From: Folioceros fuciformis
Taxonomy: Eukaryota
Length of the DNA stretch: 64,000 bases
Reading direction: 5' to 3'
Assembly: GCA_049999805.1 (NCBI GenBank)
Contig: JBNGIO010006348.1
Coordinates: 448,837 to 512,836, forward strand
Below are positions 11,549 through 23,726 of the stretch, in pieces (the stretch's first letter is position 1; each line of letters begins with the position of its first letter). The notes under the pieces were generated by a model. It made no database searches. It was not told the origin of the DNA and saw only the letters and a list, made by a program, of their open reading frames with translations. The position numbers were made by a program, and so were the translations under genes.

Positions 11549-14227
11549 TTAAGCAGATATTGGAGTGAGGCCAGGAACAGACGACATCATGGGTGCATGG
11601 GTTTTCCGGTGATTGCAGAAGGCTTCCATGGAGGTGAACAGCCTGTCACAGATGTTGCACCTTAAGTATCTTGTGCAACTGAAGTCCATACCATCCTCCA
11701 TTAAGCCCGTTTTTGATGTCAAATCCACGCCATTTTGGGTGCTCATCAACGAGGTTTCGACTTCTTCATCAGCTTGATTTGGAGCAACACACTCTTCTGT
11801 GCTGTAAAGGTTACACTCGTCATCCTCGTCGTGTAATTTGGTTGGATCATCTAGGATATCAAGGCTATTCCTAGTTTTCCTGTGAACAAGGAAATCAATT
11901 GTCCTTTCAGCACTTGCGAGACTTGACGTGGGTGCAAGTCTATTAACATATGCCGGGAGAAATGGGGCTGCTAGGTCATGCACACAGTCTGGGTCGTCTA
12001 TGGGGGCTGGCAAATTCAAATCAAGGATTTTCTCTTTGAAAGTCGGTGTGTGACTCAACTGGAGCATTGGTTGCTTTGTGTTGCTTGATACGACACTAAT
12101 AATTTCCGAGCTGGTTCCAGCGCCTCCCCAGTGACATCTTTTGTGGCCTCCCAGAGCTTGGCCAGAGGAGAAGACCCGATGGCAGATGGAGCACTCATGC
12201 CCCTTGGTTTTCCTTGCCACACTCATCATCTCTTCACTGTCTTCTTTGGTCAGGTATGTCTCTTTCCAGTCCTCACTTTGAGAGGTATCCTGAAGCTCGA
12301 AAGTCGACAGTAGCTCCTTGGACTTGAGGAACTCCTCAGTGATCCCATCTTCCTGCATCTCTTGCAAGCCAGTGCTCATGTTTGTTCTGGCAAAGCAACC
12401 TTTAACTTTTTTATGACTTGCACGGTGTCCCCCTAAAGCTTGGTGAGACTTGAAGATCCTTTTACATGTAGTACATTCATACTTCAGCCTACACCCGCCA
12501 GCTCCTGGGTCAACGCCGTCAAATTCCTCTTCGTTCTCCTCACAGAGGCTCCCCCCATCCATATCCCTTTCCAGCTCCCTGTCATACTTGGCCTGTGGCA
12601 AGACAGGGGTCCCATTCTTCGGAGATATCGGTCCTGTGGAGGTCTCCATGCAGTCCTTGGTGTCCATCTGAAAGCCGTGATCCTTGCATTCTAAAGAAGT
12701 GGAGTCTTTGTCCAGTTGCTGATCAGAGGTGGTCCTCCTGAGGGTTCGCCCAGCACATGCTAACATGACGAGGCAGTTGGCCATGTCCTGTTCCTCCTTC
12801 ATCTCTGTAGGTATGGTGGTGGATGGCGTGCCATCGGAAGCATGTTGACAAGCATCTTGCAGTGAGCGCACAAACTGTCGGGTCCGCTTAGAGCGTTTCC
12901 CAGTCATCCAGCCGTGAAAGCTAGGGTGCATGCTGCCATTCATGTAGGCTGCCTCTATGCTCTCAGTGTCACTATCGTCATCCGAGAAGTCCATCTTCAT
13001 GTCTTGACTCTGACCCTCTTTCGGCTCGCAGACCGTGTGCAGGTCACGTGATCCGGTAGCAGCAGCAGTAGTGACTGGAGTGGATACTGTGGCTGCGGCG
13101 GGTGTGTTACTGCTGGTAGGCTTCTTCCTGCGCCGTGGTAGCGGTGCGGAGCTGCTTCCACTTCCTTGCTTAGAGGCGTTGTCTGGGGGCTGAATTCCCC
13201 TCCACTCTCTTTCGGGATGACACCTCATGTGCCCAAACAAGGCCTTCCAGGAAGAGAATTCCTTGCCGCACTCTGTGCATGCTCGAGCCTTCTCGCTGAA
13301 AATGGAGGTGGTTTTTTTCACCGGCACACTGGATGTTGCTTCATCGAACGTGTAGTCCTGGTCGATGAATCTGCGGCTGCGTTTCGGGTTGCTGCGCAGG
13401 CCGTACTGAGGGTGCACCTTCCTGTGTTGGTCCAGGTCTGCGGCATTCTGGAACTCCATTTCACAGGCCTCACAAATGTGGGTGGTGGTCACTGCGTGTG
13501 CATCTGCCCCTCCATGTGCATCCTCTCCTGCTTCCGTGCTGCTTTTCGCACTGTGCTCCTTCTCTTCTTCTTGATCCATGCCGAGGTTTTGTTTGCCGAC
13601 GTCAAAGTCCTTGGGTTGGCCTTGCAATGCTCGCAGTGACACCCTTGCTATGTCCTTGGGAAAGAAGACGGGAAGCCCACTGCTGGAGCAGTCAAGTTCC
13701 GAGCTGCCACCACCATCGCCGGCTTGCTCCTTGCCATCCACTCCATTGCAACAAGACGTGCCGCTGCCATCCTCCAGTGACACAGAGCCATGGGCGCGCA
13801 TGTGGCCCCCCAAGGCTCGTCCAGACGAGACTCTCCTCTTGCATAGGCGGCAAATGTCAGTGCTGCTTTCCGGGATGTTAATGCTGCTGCCATCGTCTTC
13901 CAGCTGCAGCTCCTCGTCGTTCATGCTAGGTTCATCATCGCCACTCTGGCAGGCTTGTGCCTTCCCACTATCACCCAGATCACAACAGATAGCTAGGCTC
14001 TTGGTCTTTTGGTTGGCCGCTTCCCCAGCGTCCAGTTCAAATTCACTGGATTGGAGGCGTTCTTCAAGTCGCAGACATATGGATTCTTCCTCATGACAAT
14101 GACAACAAGGCTGTTGTCTAACGCATGTTTCATTTTTGCATTCCGTTCTGGATTGCAAATGCATGGCAGCTGGCGAGCTGCCGTTGTCACCAACAGCTCC
14201 TCCCATTTTCCCAGCCGCAGATGACAA
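11549..14227 (-). CDS. DAZ1: Intronless C1-type C2H2 zinc-finger repressor, DAZ1/ZAT2-ZAT3-like, six fingers plus EAR motif
   Basis: Contains CTECGKEFSSWKALFGHMRCHPEREWRGIQPP (DAZ1/DAZ2 signature finger), two QALGGH fingers, MANCLVMLA and the LDLNL EAR motif. The real ATG is probably near 14206 (MGGAVG). Confidence 0.85.
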   Translation of the reverse strand: MSSAAGKMGGAVGDNGSSPAAMHLQSRTECKNETCVRQQPCCHCHEEESICLRLEERLQSSEFELDAGEAANQKTKSLAICCDLGDSGKAQACQSGDDEPSMNDEELQLEDDGSSINIPESSTDICRLCKRRVSSGRALGGHMRAHGSVSLEDGSGTSCCNGVDGKEQAGDGGGSSELDCSSSGLPVFFPKDIARVSLRALQGQPKDFDVGKQNLGMDQEEEKEHSAKSSTEAGEDAHGGADAHAVTTTHICEACEMEFQNAADLDQHRKVHPQYGLRSNPKRSRRFIDQDYTFDEATSSVPVKKTTSIFSEKARACTECGKEFSSWKALFGHMRCHPEREWRGIQPPDNASKQGSGSSSAPLPRRRKKPTSSNTPAAATVSTPVTTAAATGSRDLHTVCEPKEGQSQDMKMDFSDDDSDTESIEAAYMNGSMHPSFHGWMTGKRSKRTRQFVRSLQDACQHASDGTPSTTIPTEMKEEQDMANCLVMLACAGRTLRRTTSDQQLDKDSTSLECKDHGFQMDTKDCMETSTGPISPKNGTPVLPQAKYDRELERDMDGGSLCEENEEEFDGVDPGAGGCRLKYECTTCKRIFKSHQALGGHRASHKKVKGCFARTNMSTGLQEMQEDGITEEFLKSKELLSTFELQDTSQSEDWKETYLTKEDSEEMMSVARKTKGHECSICHRVFSSGQALGGHKRCHWGGAGTSSEIISVVSSNTKQPMLQLSHTPTFKEKILDLNLPAPIDDPDCVHDLAAPFLPAYVNRLAPTSSLASAERTIDFLVHRKTRNSLDILDDPTKLHDEDDECNLYSTEECVAPNQADEEVETSLMSTQNGVDLTSKTGLMEDGMDFSCTRYLRCNICDRLFTSMEAFCNHRKTHAPMMSSVPGLTPISA

Positions 14228-16377
14228 CGGGTTGATGCGCAGCTTGTGTGGTGTGCTGTGTCATGACTTCAACGATCCCTAGTCCTGCCTCGGAATTCAG
14301 GCACAGTCAGAGACGAAAACGTAAAGAAGAGGTCCGAATCTGCCCTGCTCCATCTCCACTCGGACAAGGGATCTCCGAGAGACTGTGTCAGCTGCCCTGC
14401 AGAGAACCAACAACAAAGACAGGTGACGGCATGGGCATCAGTTTTGTTATGTGGATGAAGGGAAGTATGGCACAAATTGTCACAAGGCCTGGAAGTAAGG
14501 ACGCTGTCAGTTAGCTACATTCTGTGGGCAGGAGGAAAGTCGAAACCCTAATGGGAAGCAGCTGATTTGTGACCCATTCCAGCTACTTGCCCACTGTGAG
14601 CAAGGTTGGGCGTGACAGGCTACGAAGTGGTCGAAGTGTGCGTACAGAAGTTGTTGAAATTCAAATTGCTAGTTGGTTCACAATCCTTTCACTTCTTGGC
14701 CTGCTGTGATACAACTGAATTTGACGTAATCCAAGTTACGTAGAGACTCCTAGCGAGTGATGCATGTCGCTTTGAGCTCAAGACTTTGAGAAGAAGACAG
14801 TTGAAATCAGATATAAATGAATCTATGAGTTCAAGGAATCACATCTCATCTGCCTCTCACTGGCAGGATGGAACGCGTGAATGCCAAGAGTACAAGGATT
14901 GGATAGACTAAAAGATGGGTGCAGAAGCTGGAGACGAGCTTAGTCGTGTCCCCAACAAACAACGATGATATGCAAGAAGCAGTGACAGATGGATGCACGG
15001 AATGCAGTGCAACTCGGAATGTCCAAGAAATGGAAGGAAGTAAGCTGGATTTGAAGTGTTCCGTGTTGGAGATTGGTATTTGACGAACAGGAAATGCAAA
15101 GGTCTTGATGGATTGATTCTAGGTGGCAGACTGCTTGCTGGGACGGGGAAACGCGATGGCAGCAGGAATGATTGATGAAGAACATAGGCAGGCAAGTGCA
15201 GGAGGAGGAGGAGGAAAAAGAAGAGCAGAAGGATACCACTGCAGCAGTCAAGTTCCCGGTGGTGGGCAGCGAGAGCGCAATCCAGGAGCGGCAGGAGCTC
15301 CCATGGAAGCCGCACAAGCTTCGCAACCAAGAAGCGAGCTGAAGCAGCAGTCGGAGGGGAGTTCCAAGTGTGCTAGGCAGGCGGAGGGGCCGGCAGGTAG
15401 AGAGGAGGCCCGGCGTGGGCCGGGATGGGAGGGGACAGGGGCGCCTTGGGTAGTCTCCGCCAGGCAGGGCGTGGCGAGGCCCACGCTAGGCTAGTAGTGC
15501 GACAGCCGCAGCAGAGGCAGCAGCAGCAGCAGCGGAGATCAAGAGTTGCAAGGGCCGCGACNNNNNNNNNNNNNNNNNNNNNNNNNNNNNNNNNNNNNNN
15601 NNNNNNNNNNNNNNNNNNNNNNNNNNNNNNNNNNNNNNNNNNNNNNNNNNNNNNNNNNNNNTGCTATTACCATGGCTGGCAGCTTGGTGCTGCATAGCCC
15701 TGCGCCCCGCGCGCCGGAAGCAGGCAGGCAGTCCCGATTGCTCGGCTGGAGCGCTCGAAAATGGGGGAGATTCGATGGTGCTGCCCGACAAGCTGCAAAC
15801 TGAAGGGGAAGAGATAACCGCCCCGCCGCCACGTGGGCCCTCCCTCCCGCACCTTGCCCCCTTTCAGTTAGGCCTCCTTCTGTCCCGAACTCCTCTTGCT
15901 CTCTCCTTTCCCTCTCCCTCGGCTTCCCTTCAGCCCCGCTTTCCCAGTTTTTTTTTCCTCCCATGCAGCCACCCACCTGGCCCCTTCTCACCGCTCGCAC
16001 GTATCGCCCGATTCCCATACGGACCCTCCCAGACCTTCTGCCCTGTTGCCCAGTTCTACCAGCCCTGCTCTCCTGTCCGCAATTCTGCGTCGGCATGCAA
16101 TCTGATCCGGAATCCCTTCCAGGATGAGGCATCTTTCATGGAAGGGAATGCTGTAGGACTGCACACTCGGGCTTCATGCATACTGTTAGCCCACTTTCTC
16201 TGCGCGTCGGGAGATCAGGTTCCGGCTGTCAGCTCGGTGATCAAGGGTCCGGGGCATTTGGATCCCTGGTCCCGAATNNNNNNNNNNNNNNNNNNNNNNN
16301 NNNNNNNNNNNNNNNNNNNNNNNNNNNNNNNNNNNNNNNNNNNNNNNNNNNNNNNNNNNNNNNNNNNNNNNNNNNNN

Positions 16378-19300
16378 CCCCCAGACACAGTACACTGGTC
16401 CATATTTCCATCCCCCTCCGGCGAGCGATACTGCTGCGGTCTTTTCTTCTCCTCCTGGAACTGGGCAACAACAGTCGGGATCTGCGCAGTCTTACCCAGT
16501 CATGTATCCGCCCGACTCCTACGCTTATGAACAAGGAGGGGGTGGGATAAAGCGGCCGAATGAAGAAGGTATGCTTCATGGAATGTTTCTGGCTGAGGGC
16601 TCTGGTCTCTGTTTGTCTGCTTTCCAGCGTGTTCGTCTGTTTTCCAGCGTGTTCGTCTGTACGTGCCCTTCATGTCTACGGGTTCTCTTTTCTGGATGTA
16701 GTCCACTCCTTTCCAAGTCCGTTAGCCATTTCAGATTTTCATTTCGCTCTGACAGCTGCAGCTAACACCAGACAGTACCAGCATCTGTAACTAACAACAG
16801 ACATTACCAGCGTCCGCTTCAGAATCCTATTGGCCTATCTTAGACGATGTGAATTACGATGTCTACTTAATTCAGTGGAGGTGCATCTTGTAGCACATCG
16901 GTTTGCAGTTCAGTTTCTAACCTAATGCGGATCACCTTTTCTCTTGCACTAGTTTACATCTGCGGGGACAACTGGTCGCAGGCTTGTAACTATGTTTTGG
17001 CTGCTGATATATTGTTTATACGATCTGAATGATTGAGTAATGAACATACTAATTTTGAAATACAATAGTCATGGAATTTATACTTATCTATATGGGTACT
17101 ACTTAACGTTGCAGAAGATGAGTTTTTCTATGCTTGTATCTTTGATTCTTGATTCGGAAGCTTTCAGTTTACGGGTGTTCCATGACTTCAAAGCGGGACC
17201 TGTCTGTTCGTTTGGCAGTTTCCGTAGACAGGGTAGATGCAGTGTTAATATGTAGAGCTTCTTGGTCGTTGCATTCTCTTACAATGCCACTGTATGCAAC
17301 TTTGATGAGAATTTGTTTTCTGGCACCCTCAGGCTTCTGTGCCGAAAGGTCCTTTTGTAGAAGTCATATTTGTGAGAGGTTCGTCAGTGGTTCTCAATCA
17401 GAATAAACTCCAAAGTTGGTGCTCAGAAAAGTTGTGAGAGGTTAGACTCATAATCTGACAAATGGTGTTGCTCCGTTGCATTGGTACAATATACTACTGG
17501 AAATTGCTGGCTACTACTTGGTGTGCTGCTATACAATATATGTTGGGCTCTATCAATATCTGGCCCTTCCTACTACCACGGTAAACTGCAATACGGTATA
17601 TTATATACTAATTTACACCATGTGGAATTCGAATATTGTTTTCTTTATACTGACTATGTCATCTAAACACTGATGGGCCTGGGTGACTTCTATTCACTTA
17701 ACCTTTGTGCATGTGTATTCCTGGGTGGTTCTATATCCTGTCATGGATCTTTGTGGTACTTACTATTCAATAGAAGCTTCACCACCTCCTGGTGTCGTGT
17801 CCAAGCGTCCTAGGCAGGAGAATGGCTCTGCTACTTCAGCTGCTGCTGCTGCCGCCGCCGCTGCAGCTGCTGCGAATGTTAGTGTTCCACTCTATCCACA
17901 GAGGCCAGGAGAGAAAGAATGTGCCTACTACATGTCTACGAGGACATGCAGCTTTGGAGTAACCTGCAAATTTGATCATCCCACTTGGGTGCCACCTGGA
18001 GGCATTCCTGGTTGGAAGGATGTAAGTACATTTTGGTTTGTGCAGCTATGCTGTTCGAAGTCTCTCAGCAATGGTGAGGTGCTCAATATAACACAGCTTT
18101 TTTCCAGCCGCAGGCTTCTGCCAATGTGGATAAGGGTCCGGTGCCTGTTAGACCAGGAGAGCCTGATTGCGCTGTAAGGATGCTGACCTGTGGGTTTTAC
18201 TATCTATTGCTATGTATGCTGTTTTCTACTGTTATGTGCATATAGGAATACATAGAGGAGAGTCACGTTTCAGAGTCAGTAGAAATAGGAAGGGCTGAAG
18301 CGCGGATTGGTTTTGGTCCTTTTTGATGATGTTGCTGACGGCGGTGTGTCAAATGATGTTGCGACAGTTCTACATGAAAACAGGAGATTGCAAATATGGT
18401 GCAAAGTGCAGGTTCAATCATCCCCCAGAAAGGGCACTGCAGCCAAGTAAAGGAGACTCGAAACCTGGTTCTGGGACCACGGATGACGGTGTGCCAGGGC
18501 TACCCGAAGTGAAAGCTGTGTCGCTCAATTCCAAGGGCTTGCCGATAAGAACAGTAGGAAACAATTGTTCCAAAAAACCTTCCTAGTGTTGCAATGTCAA
18601 GAGTAAGAGTTGTGTCACAAGACTGAAGCACTTCATGGGTTCTGAGATGGTTTGCTTGTCCTTAACTGTGCAGGGCTGTGTGGATTGCGTCTTCTTCATG
18701 AAGACAGGGAGGTGAAAACCAGGGTCATATGAGTTGTATTCTTCGTGTCACACAATGAAATTCAATTGAATGACCTTGTATTAAACACATTTCTCTTCAC
18801 ATTTGAGGCTTCTGATGTGCGGCTTTTCTGTTTGCAGCTGCAAATACAGTGTCTCCTGCAAGTTCAATCATCCAGAATCCAGATTAGGTGACAGTCCACA
18901 TTCACGTTGTATTCATGTACGTTCAGTGTTCTTGGACCACGGTACATTGCAGTCTTACTTGAACACGTTTGCCTTAGGTTCAGTTTCAAATATAATCATG
19001 CCTCCAAGTGAGACAACCAAGGTACGCACAAGTTCATGCATCTTAAATGTTTAAGGATGTAAAGCCTTGACGACAGCGTTTAAGTAATCCAAGGCTGAAT
19101 GTGAATGTCTTTTTAGGCATGGGCTGCGACATCTGAGCAAGCTTTTGAGGTCCTTTTTTCTCTTTTTTGGGTGTTTTCCATGAACCAGACATTTTCTTTG
19201 ACCTTGTGTCATCTCAGTATTCGCAGGGTCTTCACAGTGTTGATGGAAGCAGCTTGCATCCTCAAAGACCTGGTGCAGAGGATTGTCCTGTATGTTATGA

Positions 19301-20569
19301 GTGACATTTGTGCTGCATTTGCATGTACATCGCAGCCTTAGTCCCGTATCTTCCTTATTATATGTGTAGCTAGGGCGGTTTTCATACTTTGGCATGGGTG
19401 GTATATGTATAAAAACCGGGGGGCGCAAATATAAGCTGGCTTTCGTTTTAATCATCCTGCAAACAGATTGCCTACAGCTCTAAGACGGCCATCTAAGATG
19501 CCTTTAAATGATGCTGTACTCCCAGTCACTGATTCTAGGATGACTCTTGCTGGTCTTCCTAGACGAGAGGTGAGTTTGCCTGTGATTCTCCCTCAGCGGT
19601 TGGCTCCAATTTGTCTGTGACAACGGTTGATGAGTGTTGAATTATCTTGAGAAAGAAGCCAGCCCAAGGTTGTGAGGGCAAGGCAGACTTCAACAGCTGC
19701 TCTCCATCACGGTTTGGCATACAGATCTGGATGATGGAAAGCCTGCTCTGTTTGCTAGAAGGCGCAGATGGTCATATTGGTGTTCCCACGCTCATTTGTG
19801 GTCATCCTTCATAGATGCCTTTATTCTGTCATGCAGATGTATTTAGGCGTGACTTGTATGCATTCCTTACACTTGGACTTGCTGCATGTGCTTTGATGTG
19901 CAGAGTTCGGCACCTTGTGCCTACTACATGAAGACTGGGTCTTGCAAATTTGGGGCATCCTGCATATTTGATCACCCTCCGCTGGGAGAAGCAGCTGCCA
20001 AAGTTTTGGCCTCTATTGGGAGACCAGAGCTGACCAGCAATGATGTCCAGCAGCATCACTTTGATATAAACTCCCAGCCTCCTGCTATGAACCACAATCA
20101 GCAGTCCATGATGAGTCACGCTCAATCCATGATGGATCAGCCTGGTTTGACCCAGAACGCTCAATCTGGAATTTCGCAGCCTGGACTGAACCAGTGCTTG
20201 AGCCAACCTGTCCACACTCAATCCATTCACAGCCAATCTATGCACAGCCAGCCTGTCCACAGCCAACCTGTTCCACCACCACCTGCGAATGAGCAGCAAA
20301 ATATTCCCTCTATGGATTCAGCGAGTGCAGTCTCCGCTTTGACGCAGCTGGGACAATCAGGACAAATAGCACAGATTGCTCAGATGGCTCAGATGGCACA
20401 GATGGCGCAGATGGTGCAGATACCACAGATGCTTCAAATGCCACAAACCCAGGTTCTTGATCCTCCTTGTCTTTGCCCAGCTTGCATGAGTGCCAGAGTA
20501 AAATGTTTGCTAAGAGGTCTGTGCTCGGATGAAGGCTTGTCCTCATCTATTGTCAACAAGCCATGTTAG
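16378..20569 (+). CDS. HUA1: Tandem CCCH zinc-finger RNA-binding protein, HUA1-like; 5' end lies in or before the N gap, 3' end uncertain
   Basis: [74 protein letters not shown] and [21 protein letters not shown], followed by a Q/M-rich tail. Confidence 0.8.
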
Positions 20570-21299
20570 GTGGGTATGCGTCGGGGTGGGGGTTGAAGGA
20601 AATAATGCACTGGTAGAAATATTTCGTGGAGAAATCGTTCCGTGGGGGATTCTTGTCAAATGGAAGGCGTGGTTGAACACTTGGGCAGTCATTGGGATAT
20701 GGATTCAGGTTGCAAATTGCAGGCTGGAGAAGCAAGATCATGCTGGAAAGTTTGATATGTCATGCAGGAGGAGTTTACCGCAATGCAAGCTATCATACAA
20801 CAGCAGCATGCAGCTTACCTGGCTTATTTACAGGCGTACTGGGGCTTGGGAATGGGCATGTGAAAAACTTGAGAACGGAGACTCTCGGTCATTGTTTCCA
20901 AGCCAGTCGAGTTGCCTCTTCCACTTTCACTTGTTAGTTACAGTAGTAGGATTAAGACATATACAAGTAACAATCGTTGTTGGAACATCCACCCGAATTC
21001 GGGACTGAAGCAAAAAAAAATCGTATTGGCTACGCTAATGAAGGACCTAACCTTTCCTTTCATGCAAGGAACTGTCTGCTTAAGTTGTGGGAGCTGTAAA
21101 CCCGTATACAACAATACAGAAGATAAGTTGAGTCGTCCCCGTAAATGTCTCAGAGGAAGAGAAAAAAGAGGGACTGTCGGGGAAGGGCGATATCGACGGG
21201 CTTCTGCCTGGTGCGCCAAGAAAATAATGGACAGTCTATCTAAGGTACCAAGCCAAATCATCACAAGGTGAAGCCACAACTCAAGGAGGTAGCAAGCTA

Positions 21300-21833
21300 C
21301 TAGGTCAGCCAGCCCACCACCTCAGGTGATAGGCTGCCGGTCCTGGTCAATAACGGTTGATTCTGTAGGCGCGAGTAGTCGGACGTTGGCTTGATCGGGC
21401 CGCTGGAAGGGATGGAAACCGGCTTGAAAGGGTCATACTCGTCGCTCCTGTTCGATTTGCTCAGTTGTCCGGGAAGCGATTGCAGAGAGTAGGAAAGATA
21501 ATCCACATCTGGATTCCATTGCTGTGGCAGAGGGCAGATGCAGTAGAAATGACCGAGCCTTAGTTTGTGCGCAAGAGGCAGTAGGGCCGGGCCCTGGCTG
21601 ATCCGCGATTTGATAGTAGAGAAACTGAGTCCGCGCGCCTTCATCCCAGGCCAAGAAACTTCGCACACGTAGTGATTGAACGTGTTGCACAGCACCAGAA
21701 GCTCTTCCACGGTCAGGGTCCACTCCAAGTTAATGAGAGCTCCACACTCCGCCAACACCACTCTGATGGGAGCGGAATGCCCGCACCAGGCGCAGAAGTA
21801 GCGCCGCACATGATGCCTGATCCGTACCCCCAT
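21300..21833 (-). CDS. DUF4228 / PADRE-domain protein
   Basis: IRVVLAECGALINLEWTLTVEELL...HYVC...LPLAHKLRLGHFYCICP fits the PADRE pattern, followed by a disordered tail. Single exon. Confidence 0.6.
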   Translation of the reverse strand: MGVRIRHHVRRYFCAWCGHSAPIRVVLAECGALINLEWTLTVEELLVLCNTFNHYVCEVSWPGMKARGLSFSTIKSRISQGPALLPLAHKLRLGHFYCICPLPQQWNPDVDYLSYSLQSLPGQLSKSNRSDEYDPFKPVSIPSSGPIKPTSDYSRLQNQPLLTRTGSLSPEVVGWLT

Positions 21834-23726
21834 CGCTGAGCCTCGAGAATACGTCCTCCCTCTTTGATGCAACAATTGGCACGCTGAGCTCTAGCAAACA
21901 ATATCCAGGCTCGCCTCCCGCACCACACACACACACACAAAGCTCCAACCCGATAACTGGAAAACCGCAAACCTCCGGAGGAGAGGACACTAACACATCA
22001 GTCCAGTCCCCGCTTCTTCCGAAAAGCACGTCGCCTCTGTGAGCTTTCTGTCACTCCGCAGCACCAGCAGGACTACAGTCTTGCTCTTGAGACTGAGCAG
22101 ACCGAGTCTATTCTTGGACGCTGTGACGGCTCATCTGCAGACGTTCGCCGCCAGCCTGGGGAACGATGCATCCGAGAAATAAGGCCGTTCAGCATCGACT
22201 CCACAACCGCGTCCCGGTCAGAGACCGTTTCTTCATCAAATTATAACGTCACTGTAGACAGGGTCTTTTGCGCCAGCTCTAGAATTCCCTTTTCCTGCAG
22301 CAGGACAACCTGGAACAAGAGGGCGGCTGTAGGCCTGCACCTAATTCTGACACTCCATCACGACTTCCGCCTGGGTGTACCGTCATCAAGTATACCCTAC
22401 GCACGGTGTAACCCTGCACGCAAGAGCACATGCTAAACGACACACTTGCTCGACCACTGTTTCATTTTCCTATGGGGGCGGAGACGACAGGCACCACAAG
22501 ACAATGGTAGTCTAGGTGACTAGCCCATATTGTATCCTTTCCTCCGGGAGGATGATCACCAGTCACGAAGACTAGATAACTTGACTGGGTTCACAGGAAG
22601 GAGGCCATCGTCCCTACCTACCACGCAACTGCTACCACAACCCGATGTGACAACTCCGAAATTTCAAGGGGAAGCGGCGGAGGACACCGTCTTTACAAAC
22701 TAGTTTGTAAGCAGTACACTCAGAAGTAGCCAATGTAGCTTCATATAACTTTTCTTACATTTCCCATGGAGGCCAAATTCCTGAAAGAGATCTCGAGTGC
22801 GCAGGACTTGAACTCCAAGATGCAGGTACTCAAGTGCGGCACAAACTGCTGAAAGTGATGAGCTCAGGTGAAGGTGCTCTCCACAGACAGAGACCATAAC
22901 GGGAACATACAAGCCTTGATCATAACTGTGGCGCGAGGGGAGCCTCACATTACATGACAATGACATGACGTGACAACGACAGACAAGACTTGACTTGACA
23001 GGTCAAAACGATCGTCTGAGTCCAAAGGCGATTGAACTCTGAAGACTCCATATGGCAGACAAGCCACTATGGGACTCGACAATGGTAGGGTGTAGTCAGC
23101 AGACACAGTAGACACAGCTACTGATCTTTTGGGACACTCTTTGGCTCTTAAGCCAACATGATCACAGTGAGTATCTCGAGAGTTACTCTCTGCAGTAGGG
23201 AAGCATGCCGTAGAGGCAATGCAGTGTCAATTAGGTTCAACAAGCAAGGCAAATTGCTCGTTTAGCAAATGAATAACCCAGACAGCCTAACAGGTCCAAA
23301 AGTGGATTTGGTAGGCTTCAAACGGGACAAGCGTCTGGTATCCTGTCCAGAACACATGCCCAGTAGACACAGACACAGGGTCAATTTAACAGTCCAAGCA
23401 TTTGCACTACTAGCAGGACGAACGCCCAGATCCAGACTGGTCTCGGACGGGACAGGCCCCCGTGTGGAGAAAAGGAGACCCATCCAGAGACCGACACAGC
23501 CTGCCGACCGTTAGTATCAGCCAGCAGGTAGACCCACAGGAGACACGTAAACATCCAGCCTTAACGCTTCGCATGAATAGCCCAGACACCTTGTGCTTTT
23601 TGAGGCCAGAGACAAGACTCTAGAGAAGAACTGCAAAGGAGAAACAAAAAAACAAGCCAATCAGGAACTCCGTAAGCGATAGGGGATGCAGGGACTCACT
23701 GACTGCAAATAAACTAAATACTCACC

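Noticed and set aside
14228-15560. DUO1-binding AACCG motifs upstream of the DAZ1-like gene
   Set aside because: None found by eye. Only a single telo-box AAACCCTA at 14543 was seen, and part of the promoter is in an N gap.
14908-16277. ORFs in the DAZ1/HUA1 divergent region
   Set aside because: Low-complexity, gap-interrupted sequence that cannot be supported as a separate gene; part may be the HUA1-like 5' end.
19070-19140. Possible intronic C/D-box snoRNA (TTGACGA...CTGA)
   Set aside because: Imperfect C box, no clear terminal stem and no recognisable rRNA guide.
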